A stretch of 64,000 nucleotides of DNA from Dipteris shenzhenensis (taxonomy: Eukaryota), in assembly GCA_047967505.1 (NCBI GenBank), contig CM106538.1; one strand, given 5' to 3'. The position numbers were made by a program, and so were the translations under genes. The notes beneath the pieces were generated by a model. The model worked only from the letters and a program-made list of their open reading frames with translations, made no database searches and was not told the DNA's origin. Below are positions 26,083 through 36,788 of the stretch, one piece after another (position 1 is the stretch's first letter; each line of letters starts with the position of its first letter).

Positions 26083-27547
26083 ATGTGGCCAGGAAGCGCT
26101 TCCAGCTCACCTGATCCCCGAGAATCTATTTGGAAGGACTTATATAACCTTTTAGGGTACCCTCCTACTCTTACGGAGTTATACGAGTATATGATGGGTA
26201 CTCCAAACACTCCCCAGGAGTCGGCACTATAGACTCCAAACCACCCCACACCACTTGAGATCACCCCAGCGGAGTTAGCATATCCGTCTTATGCCCCTTC
26301 TTATGCCCCTTCCCCCATACCGTCTTATGCCCCTTCCCCCATGCCGTCTTATGTCCCTTCTGCCATCCCATCTTGTGCCCCTTCCCCCATGCCGTCAGGA
26401 GGTCCTTTTGTCTCATAGAGCCGTCGATGTACTCATGTGCCATCGAGACTCGGTTCTCCAGCTACGAGTGGTCAACGTAGTCCCGTGCAGTCTCCAGCTA
26501 TGAGTGGCTAGGGTACAAGCTCAACACGACACGGTAGCAGGCGTAGTAGCAGGGAGAGCGGTGGGGGATACATGGCACAGTGCTTTGGGAGGGGTGGCAG
26601 TGGGGACGATGATGATTCAGATGATTTAGATGTGCCTCCAGGTGATGGTACGATTTATTATGACATCACTCACATAGGAGGCATCTTGATGGATGCGTGG
26701 GGGAAGGACATCATGGCCTTCATGCACTCTGTAATTGCTAACAATTACATAGATTGCTTTATCCACTACAAAGACCACCCAAAGAGGTTGGCTGATGAGA
26801 CCCTCGCTGCTGTTCGCTCTAGGTATCCTAACCCCCCCAATCGCCAGTTCACAGATAAATGGGCCAAGTCAAAGATTGTTACGATACTTGGCAATAAAAG
26901 ATCTTCGCTTAAGAGGCAGGCACTAGCAGAGCTTGCCAGGCTTGAGGTAGGTCAACCACCAAGGGGCCCGCCCCAAACTGCTAACAAGCGTGAGTGGAAG
27001 AAGGCAATGAAGTCAGCGAGGGAGGACCCCAATCTGCAGCACGTGGAGGCACGAAGGATTCAGATGGAGGCATATAAAAGCGTGCATTTTGGAGCAGAGG
27101 GTGTTGAATCATGGGAGGCCCAATTTGTAAGTATCGATCTCAAATTATATTGCTTATGTAGTTTATTAGAAGGTTGTTTCTTTGTACTAATCCCTTCGCA
27201 AAGTGTGTCGTCATGCAGCTTGAGATCGTGGGCAGATACCCTACTCCTGTGGAGACAACCTACCACCGCCACCATCGCAGAGGAGATACATGGAGGCACT
27301 TCTATGATGACGGGTTGATTACTGAGGAGCAGTATACCCAGGCTACTGGAGCGGCCCCCCAGGTATTTGAAAGTAATTAAATAATGCCAAATTTATAAGT
27401 AAAGATTTGATTGTTCATACATTGATATATGTTGTCCCTTGTTTACAGCCCCGTGCACAAGACGATGAGGAAGACGAGGAAGGAGGCACAGAAGGGAGCG
27501 CAGAAGGGAGTGTGGAAGGGAGCGAGGACATGGAGAACATAGATTAG
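26083..27547 (+). pseudogene. CACTA second gene (ORF2, putative TnpA-like accessory protein), intron-containing and probably disrupted
   Basis: ATG at 26083, ORF 26572-27318 core, GT-AG introns at ~27127-27219 and ~27363-27449, acidic C-terminus. Paralog at 51001-52414. Confidence 0.6.
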
Positions 27548-29310
27548 TTGTAGAAGTAGTGCTAGCTACTCTTTTTTGTACTTAAAGCCACTGGCTTGGC
27601 TTCATGCCTCTTGTATATACACTCCTCTTATTTTCTGTACTTGAAGCCACATGACGTGGCTTAGATTCCTTATTTTTTGTACTTGAAGCCACATGATGTG
27701 GCTTAGCTTCGTGCTATATGTATATATAAGCACTTTTTGAGCTTTTAATTTTATTGCGTTTTGGAGTTGTAATGTTTTATTTGGAATTGTAATTAAAATG
27801 CGGTTGGCTGTAAGAATTCAATTACACAATGTGGATATGGGATTCTTGTAACTATATAGCATACACAACATACACAGCATTCTGCAAATTTTTTTTTAAA
27901 AAAAAAGTGCGTCTATCAGTGCGTTTATAAACGCATCTATTTACGCGTCTGTCTGTTCAACAAGCATTTATATTTGCATCTATAAATGCATTTACAAGCG
28001 CATCTATTTAAGTATCTAAGTGCGCGTCTATACGTGCGTGTGTCTAATATATAGATGTGCTGATAGACGCGGGTCTCTAGACACAAAAATAGACGCGCCC
28101 GTAAGTTTTTTATTTAGTTCAAAAAACGCGTCTGTGTGCATGTCTATGGGTGCTTTGTCTTGTTGTGAGGTAATGTTGCTTTGAATTGTAGAGTATTAAA
28201 TACACCACCTCCAAGTTTGTTGTGTAGAGAGGTGAACCTTTTAGATGCAAACTTGTTCCTTTTCCTTCATTTGTATCCAAAGTAATTACAAATTTATGAC
28301 CCCCTCAACTTGTGACTAATTTTTGAAGGTCTTCTACATTGAATTTGAACATTCGGGGAGACCCTATTTTTCCAGTCAAATATCATAGAGCTACTCATGC
28401 TCTCGATTTTGAACTAAAAAAATTTGCCTACTAAGGTTCCCTTAGTTGTTCTTTCAGGACCTTCATGAAGGATGATATGAGAATGGTGGGCATGGATGAG
28501 ATATGGACTCTTCATATCAAAAGACACAAAGTCATGCATGAGCAAGTTGTTTTGGAGGTGATGCAGGACTTGAGGGGAATGGTGATGCAAATGAGATGCC
28601 TGGAGCTTGTGATGCTACTGATGTAAGTCTTGAAGCTCAAAAGTTTATTGAAGAAGAAGAATTCACATGATGCATTACATCTATTTAAATTTAAATTTCT
28701 AAAGTAATGTTTCTTCATGTGCAGGAATCGAGAATCCATTCATTTGGAATAAGAAGGCATGGAGAATTCACAGTATTGACCCAAGGCAACCTACGTGATC
28801 TATTCCAATGTGTTGTACATGAGATTATAAGAACTTACGAGTTGAATGTGAGATTTCAAACAGCATAGCGATCTTTCTAAGACTTAGTTGAGGATTCAAA
28901 GACCCCATTATTGGTGTATTAGAGTTGAAGAAGAAGAGAAATAGGCTATGAAGCCTCTTTGTAATACAATTTCAAATACAAACACCTATTTCTATTAATA
29001 TTCTTCTATCTTGAGCAAAAAAATTTCATGTATCTATGGCCAAATGGTGAATCTTTTGTTATGTCTATTTTAATTATTTGTTGTTTTTAATATTGCATCT
29101 TTTTTTATATCAGCTTGCACACAAAAGTTATATCACATTTTGATGTAACCTACAAGTCAATAAAATGTTGTTTGCCAAGTTTGGCCATTCCAATACCTAT
29201 GTAGAAGGGATTTGACCATGGCACCACATTGATAAGATGGAGTGTTTAAAAACAAAAATTTGAGATTTTCCTACATCACCTTGTAAACGATTAATGCATT
29301 TCATGATTTT

Positions 29311-29683
29311 CTACGAAGAAATATAGATTTTGAAGGGGTAGATGAAGAAATTTGACAACTTTGGCCATTTCAATGTCAATTTTTGCAAATGTAGGAGGAA
29401 TTTGATGGCGATGGAGAAGGCAAAGCTGGTCGAGACATCATGGGGTGTCCAAAAATGCCAAAACCCACCATGGCGCGAATTTGGCCATTTGGACACCCTC
29501 CAAATGGCCAAATTCGCGCTGTGGTGGGTTTTGGCTTTTTTTAACAGCCCATGACATCTCGACCAATTTGTCTTTAGTGCCGTGGTCGAATTTCTTCAAC
29601 ATTTTCCAAAAATGGACATTGGAATGGCCCAAATGGTCAAATTCCTTCATCTACCTAATTGAAATCCATGTGTCTTTATAGAT
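29311..29683. repeat. ~370-bp imperfect palindrome (fold-back/MITE-like element)
   Basis: Centre GCGCGAATTTGGCCATTTGGA-CACCC-TCCAAATGGCCAAATTCGCGC at ~29473-29519. Arms stay complementary out to GTAGATGAAG / CTTCATCTAC. Confidence 0.85.
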
Positions 29684-30164
29684 GCATCAACTTCAACATA
29701 GATAAACATGGAAAAGAAAATATTTACAAAGTAACTTAGCAAATGACGGTTGGTCAATATGACAACTTATGTGCCTTGTAGCACAGCTCTCATAAGACCC
29801 TTAGGCAATATATTCTCTATATAATTTCTTGCGCTTTGGAGGAACCTTGTAGGTTGACTATGTCAATGTAATTTTTAATTTAATCCAAAAGAATTTGATC
29901 TTCCACTACATCACCTTGTAAATTATCATTTTCTTTGTTTATCTTGCCTTCGAAGCAACCTTTTAGGTTGGTTGTCAATGAAATATTTGATTTCATATCA
30001 CTAAATCGCCTTGAAATAATTTGATGCATTACATGAGAAAATATATATTTTGAAGAGGAATCTAAAATTTTCATTTTCTATGTTTTCTTAGTCGTGGGGG
30101 TTGGCTATGTCCATGTATCTTTTATTTTAATTTTTAAGCTTGCTACTATATCACCTTGTAAAGG

Positions 30165-30605
30165 TCCATTTTTGGCAAATGTAGGACGAATTTGAGCACG
30201 GTGCAGAAGGCAAAGTTGGTTAGGACATCATGGGGTGTCCAAAAATGGACAAACCTACCACGGTGCGAATTTGGCCATCTAGAGGGGTCTCCAGATGGCC
30301 AAATTCGTGCCGTGGCAGGTTTGTGCATTTTTTGACACCCCATGATGTGGTGTTCCAGATGGGTAAATTCATGCCGTGGCGGGTTTGTGCATTTTTGGAC
30401 ACCCCATGATATCCTGACCAACTTTCCAAAAATGCACAAACCTGCCACAGCGCGAATTTGGCCATCTCCACGGCACGAATTTGGCCATCTGGAGCACCAA
30501 ATTCACGCCGTGGTGGGTTAGTGTATTTTTGGACACCCCATGATGTCCTAACCAACTTTGCCTTCTGCGCCGTGGTCAAATTCTCCTACATTTGCCAAAA
30601 ATGGT
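30165..30605. repeat. Second fold-back element of the same family with internally duplicated hairpin modules
   Basis: Outer arms TTTTGGCAAATGTAGGA / TCCTACATTTGCCAAAA. Internal GAATTTGGCCATCT / AGATGGCCAAATTC and TTTTGGACACCCCATGATG repeats. Confidence 0.8.
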
Positions 30606-30926
30606 CACCAAAATTACCAAACTTGGTAGAGAGTATTATTTTGACTTAGAATATTCATAATATTTTCCTAAATCAATGCACCACTGTGGATAATCCAAAG
30701 TAAGAAATTACATTGAAACACTATGAAATTAACATTTTATCTCATATTCTCCTCTTTAGAGCACCTACTGAGGTTCAAGATGCTTCTTTTCTTGAAAAAG
30801 ACAATCATGGATCACATATTGATCCTGCAACGTCTGTACGATCACATGGTAACATGGGAGATCTCCACAAATGGTGCCATCAATAGTCACAGAGTTTATA
30901 GAGACTATGATAGGCCATGATAGAAG

Positions 30927-31665
30927 TGTAAGAAAATAATACGTCTGTGCTCAATAGATAACAAGATCTCGTACGCAAGAGAGAAAAGTTGATAGTATGG
31001 AGAATCAAAAATTTGATTACTGTAAAACTGATACAATAGATGGTGCTGCCTCCCAACCGTGTGCTCTTGTGTGAGAAGCTTCGATGGCATGCTGGAAATA
31101 GTAGGAGAATAGTAGAGGACGGAGGCTGGATGCTAAGGAATCATGGTTGTTGTAGCCAATGATGAATATGGGCTTCACGGGCTTGCTCTTATATAGCCAC
31201 CAGTTGTAGTCGGTTAGACCCAATTGGGAGACTGACCCAGTCCACCCAAAATAGCTGACTGGAGGTCGGTCCCAAAATAGGCCACCGACCACACGTTAGA
31301 ACCGTGGCATAGAATAGAGCAACTAACCTATGGTCACCGTTTTGCCCAGAGCCATCCGGGATCATCTAGGGCTCCAAATGGGCCCCGCAACCCAAGAGTG
31401 GGCTCCCTCAGAAAATGCTCCATCTACCCTTAGTGTGGTCAGTCATGGGATGCCTTCCCACACTTGCATGTAGCCTAGTTAGCAGTGTGCCAACTCTATC
31501 TGAAGCCGTTCAGCCATCAGGCCACACATGGCTCCCATCTGGTGTCCAAACAAGGACCTACCAGATAATTGAGCTACTCAAATGCCTTCTCCTCATATGG
31601 GGGTCTTACAAGTAGAGTTAGCTGGTTCCCACGTAGTTACATGAGTGGAGCATTAATATCTAATA
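30927..31665 (-). mobile_element. Solo LTR of copia family C
   Basis: Reverse complement of the 9246 and 14000 LTRs, flanked by the direct repeat AGAAG (30922-30926 and 31666-31670), with no PBS or PPT adjacent. Confidence 0.94.
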
Positions 31666-31799
31666 AGAAGGTAGGTGATGTTTGAGGACGGATGAGAAGG
31701 ACCATGAATGATTACGAGGGAGGAGAAGTAAGCGGAGGACTAGGTGTGAGAATGAAGGCAAACGAATATGCATGAGTAGGAGGAGTAGAAGTCCCACGA

Positions 31800-32235
31800 G
31801 CAGGCGTGGGCATGGCAAGAGAAGCTTACATGAGTAGGAGGAAGGAGGAGTAGGCATGAGCATGAGGGAAGATGAGAATGGATGAGCATGAGGGAAGATG
31901 AGAATGGATGAGCAAGAAAAAGCAATAGGGAGGGGAGAGGAGGACGCATTTGGGAGGAGCGAGGAGGAGGAAAAAGCAGCAGGAGAAGGAGGAGGATGCA
32001 TATGGGAGGAGGGAGAAGGCGGCGTGTGGACAAAGGGAGGAGGAGGGGGGGAGGGAGGAGGGAGGCAGTGGGAGGGAGGAGGAGGAGGAGGAGGAGGAGG
32101 AGGAATGGGACATGTGGAAGAGGAGGAAGGAGGAGGGAGACAAGGAGGAGGATGGGGGGAGGAGGGAATTCAAATTCAGAATTCAAAATTAAAAAGTTTG
32201 ACTTTGGAGAATGGGGGAAGGAGGGAGAGAAAGGG
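31800..32235. repeat. Purine-rich (GGA/GAG)n low-complexity tract
   Basis: Strong G/A skew with a (GGA)n microsatellite at ~32078-32105. Confidence 0.85.
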
Positions 32236-32992
32236 AATCCGAATTCAAAATTCAAAATTTTGACTTTGGGAAAAGTGCCCCCTCCTTGGAGTAAGAGGTG
32301 TAAGAGGTGGCCCCCTCCTAGGTGTAAGAGGTGGGATCAACTGGGCTTAACCCACCTAGGTAGGGGGGTTAGGACTCCCTTTGACCCCACAAGAGGACTT
32401 GCATTAGGCCTAATCCATTTCTTAACCCATTCCTTATGAGGCCCTTTTGAGACCCCAATTCCCCCCTAATAGCATGCGAGATGACACCTTATGATAGAGG
32501 AAGCACATGATGTGAATGACAACACTAAGCAAAATGATTAAGATGTGACTGAAGAGGTAGATGACATTGATATTGATAATGAATATGTAGATGACCCCCG
32601 TGAGACTAAGGAGAGAGATGACACTGGTGAAAGTGAAGAGGAGGAGACCATTAACTGACAAGGGAGTCAAATGAGTCTAGTGATAATAGTGGATGCAGTG
32701 TGTGCCAAGGGTTCGAAAGGGTGGATGACACCAATGATAAAGGACTTCAAAACATTAAGGAGGCTAGACATCCAAGACGAGGAGTACATATTCGAACAAG
32801 TGCTAAAGACTATGAGCACGTATGGAGTGGATGGTGTGGATTTACTAAAGTTTTATATGTATGACTAAAGATCTTCCAAGGTGGAGGATTTACAAGGCTA
32901 ATTGAACAAGTTCAAAAGGGAAAGAAAATTCAATTGTAGCTTACACAAGAGGGGGGCTTTTCCATTATCATTTTTTAACAAGCTAAGAGTAG

Positions 32993-35900
32993 TGTGGTAT
33001 GCCAATGGCACGTGGCCAAGTCCACACATGCATATCTAACATGTGGTGCATGTAACTACATGTAACAAGTTGTAACTTCCTAACTGATAGGAGGAGTTAA
33101 TAAAAGAGCTGTTCTCAAGCTCCTCAAGCCAAGAGAAGGGGACACGTTTGCAGAAGTTAATTGTTGTAGCATTTCACATATTGGTGGAGACGCCAAATGG
33201 AGGAACAGCACATGGAAGAGGCTCACGCCACTGACCCTCACCCTCAGGACCTAATCTTTACTCTCATGTCCCAGCTTTCGCAGATGAACTAGGAGTTAAT
33301 GTCATTGCTGGCCTCTCATCATGCATCAAATTCATCCACACCATCGAAGGACAACAAGGTTCTCGGTCGAAGTCTTTTCGCAGTCTTCCCATAGAAGATG
33401 TCATGGTATGGATCGACCATTTCGAAAACATCACCGGCTACCATTCTTGGTCAGAGGAACGAAAGGCACTAGAGCTCCGCATAGTTTTGGAGGGCATTGC
33501 AGCAACCTAGCTCATACAACAGCACGATTCCATCAAGCATCATTGGCCTAGTTTACGACATCAATTTTTACAAAACTTCGCACATGCAAATGTGATGCAA
33601 ACTACACTTTAGCAACTGCAAGATCTGTTTCAAAATGAACCTGAACCTGTGGCACAATTTGTGGTAAAATTGAATCAACTTCTTATGGGGGCGGATTCTT
33701 CCATGTCAAAGGACATGAAGCTATTCTTTCTCTGGCCAAGACGACATTTCTCATTGCACAAGAGATCAGGGTCCTAAAACATTTTATGACGCTGTCCAAA
33801 TAGCTCAAAGAATTTAGTTGTGCATTTCGAGGGAACATAAGCAAAGCATGCATTCATCCTGTCCTTAGAGAAGCACAGAGTTCTAATAGACACAGTTGTT
33901 CCTATGGGCATTGATGTGCAAAACTCACAGAGTACTAATCGGAATTCATTCAAGAAATGATTACCTGAGTGAGATGAAAAAGGACACCCGAGATGTTTCA
34001 ATTGTAACCGATACGAGCATGTGGCTAAATATTGCAGGTCTCCACTGAGCGGTTGGCTATGTGAGGCCAGCCAACCGCACTTGCAAGCCTCTACTGCACA
34101 TAGTCACCAAGTCTGCATTGTTACAACTATTCACAAGGAGTTTTGTTTTAATGTGTTAATCAACACCAATAGTTCCATCTCTTTAATTAGTCCCAAACTT
34201 CAACAACAGCTAACTTTCCATTCTTTCAATGGTCCACAGGTGTAGGTCCTTTTTGGGATCACCAAACCTTGTATCAATCCAATACTTTGGTGGATGCTAC
34301 GTTCTCAATGCAACATCAATCCTTCTCTCATTTAGTGTATCTGCTCCCTAAACAATTATTTCTACTTACCTTAGATTGTGATTGGTTATCTCAAAATAAA
34401 GCATTGCTAGATTTTCATCGACATACTCTAATAGTGTTATGAGGCATATCGATACCTTGGATACATTGGGGTTCGTATTCAAGCATTTCTTGTTCATAGT
34501 CAACCACTATAGTTCCAATTTCCAAGCGAGTTTAAGGGGTATGCACATTGCTCAACAAGTTTAAGTCCATCATTTATCATCCTCAGCGTCCAACTCGAAC
34601 AACAACACTGTTTTTCACAACATTTGCAATCAACACACCCCATAAAGATGGCAATTCAAAGACATTTGCCCAAACAAATACAATGCATAAATCAAGCAAT
34701 TCAAGAGATGCCACAAAAAAAGGTAATTCATCCATCATCAAGCCCATGGGCTGCTGACTAAGAAAGCAAATGGGGACCCCAGATTCTGTATTGATTATAG
34801 ATCACTGGATGAAGTCATAGTACACGATGTCTATCCATTGCCTCATTTGACCAACTTATTGGATCAATTAGGATCTTCAGCCTATTTTACCTCACTGGAT
34901 CTAGCTGCAGGTTACTGGTGGTAGATCCCGATCGACCTTGGAGATGCAGAAAAGACTGCATTCAAAACTCCAATAGTTCTTTACCAATTTGAAGTCATGC
35001 CATTTGGGCTTTCTGATGCTCCGAGTACTTTTCAGCGATTAGTGAACATCATTTTTCATGATCTCACCACTAAGAAAGTCCTCATCATCTAAGGCTTGAT
35101 GACATCTTGATTCATACGGCTTTGTGGGAGCAACATCCTTTTATTTCTAGTTTCTAGAAGTCACGATCCACGACTTTTTGTCCCTCGATCACTTCATTAT
35201 CATTTCATAGACTATTTCCACTCACACCCCCTTTTTGGTCATTTAGGTGTCTACCGTATCCTCCAAATAATCCGCAATCAATATTATTGTCTGAAAATGA
35301 GAACTTTCATCACCGACCATCTAAGCGCCTATCTAATTTGCCAAGCCACTAAGCCCTCCCACAATAAACCACCAGGATTTCTACAAAACATTCAAGTTTC
35401 AAAACCTTTCGAACTAGTCTCTTGGGATATAATTGGTCCTTTCCTAGAATCAATTACAAGAAATAAGTATATAATTGTGCTTATCGAGTATTTAACGCGT
35501 TGGTGTGAAGCTGCAGTAGTCAAGGAGATTTCTGCTAGTACAGTCACAAAATTCCTAATCGACAATGTGATTTCATGACATGCATGTCCAAAGACGGTCC
35601 TTTCTTATCAAGGCACAAACTTTAAGTCTCAGGTGATGGCAGTTCTTGCACAATGCCTTGGAATCACTCTTTCATTTGCCAGCACGCACCATCACCAAAT
35701 CGTGGGAGTCACCGAACACCTCAACAAGACATTCAGACAAGTCTACATCAGCCCAGCTCATGACAATTGGGACCAGATATTACCATATGTGCTTCATGCA
35801 CATCGAACAACGGTATAGGCATCAACATGAATCAGTCCGTTCTGAGCTCTTTATGATAGAGACCCGCCGTTCCCTCCTTAGCTCCCAAACATCATAGTCC

Positions 35901-36431
35901 CAACACGATTCAAAGATGCTGCAGAATGATACCTTTACCTTCAGCAGGTTCAACCTCTACTCCAATCTTCCTTGTTGCACAACCTTCAGATAGCACAACA
36001 GTGACAAAAGAGACAATATGATGATGGCAAAGTCGACATCCACTACAACAATGGAGATCTGGTCTCTGTCTATTTCCCAGTCTGAAGGAAAGATCTTTCC
36101 AAGAGCTTCATGCACAACTGGATCGGCCCATATAAAGTAATCGACAAGATGCGAACAATACACATACAAGGTCCAGAATGGTTAAGTAATCAACAAGATG
36201 CGAACATACACATACAAGCTCCAGCGTCTAGGGTTTCCTCTTAGGGAGGGAGGTGTGGTATGCCAATGGCACGTGGCCAAGTCCACACGTGCATGTCTAA
36301 TGCGTGGCGCATGTAACTACATGTAACTAGTTGTAACTTCCTAACTGATAGGTGGAGTTAAATATAAAAGAGCTGGTCGAGCCAAGAGAAGGGGAGGCGT
36401 TTGCAGAAGTTAACTCTTGCAGCATTTCACA
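32993..36431 (+). mobile_element. Decayed Ty3/Gypsy LTR retrotransposon with short LTRs
   Basis: LTRs 32993-33178 and 36254-36431 (TG...CA), PBS-like TGGTGGAGA at ~33183, PPT AGGGAGGGAGG at 36243-36253. Remnants in order: gag knuckle (CFNCNRYEHVAKYC), protease, RT (SLDLAAGYW, VMPFGL), integrase (PFELVSWDIIGPF). 4-bp flanks GTAG/GTGG. Confidence 0.9.
36254..36431 (+). promoter_or_regulatory. Gypsy 3' LTR with G-box/ABRE motifs (GCACGTGGC, CACGTG) and TATAAAA; possible promoter for the downstream gene
   Basis: Motifs at ~36269-36277, ~36286-36291 and ~36363-36369. Same orientation as, and 357 bp upstream of, the ATG at 36789. Confidence 0.35.
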
Positions 36432-36788
36432 GTGGAAATGGAAAAAGTTGTAATTATGATGACTTTGCAATTAAGTGTGCGCTGGCTAGAGGAAGTTGAG
36501 GATGAGAACTTTTGTCATTGTTATTGACAAGCCGCAAATACCTAAGAGGACAGAAAGTTCCACAACCTTCATGATACACTTTCTAAAGAACCGGCACACT
36601 TGGTAAGATCCGGCACCAGCTCACCTCCAACCTTTTTTATGCCTTGTAATATACCTGCAGCACACTTTGTAAGATCCGCCACCCCAAACGATGCAGCTAC
36701 ATATTATGCCTCGTATACCCACAGCTTTGATATACATCCATCTCTGATTATCATACCTCTACGCTTCTGTTGTTTCCAATATCTTGCC

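Larger units (their letters stand above)
25329..28167 (+). mobile_element. CACTA (CACAA-end) element, right-half fragment
   Basis: Homologous to ~49388-53077, ends TGCTTTGTCTTGTTGTG, has subterminal TAGACGC repeats and contains ORF2. Confidence 0.9.

Noticed and set aside
11359-28167. Inverted CACAA termini at 11359 and 28167 as one 16.8-kb composite transposon
   Set aside because: Both are the same (right) end of the family, and the 3-bp flanks differ (CGT vs AGG).
28168-28960. Coding-like fragments with possible splice sites
   Set aside because: No sustained ORF or recognisable family.
31660-32439. G/E/R- and P/S/L-rich ORFs
   Set aside because: Artefacts of the GA-rich low-complexity tract.
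36600-36788. N-terminal 63-aa extension of the 556-aa ORF
   Set aside because: It starts at a non-ATG codon and overlaps a non-coding-looking repeated motif. The ATG at 36789 has good context and directly begins a signal peptide.
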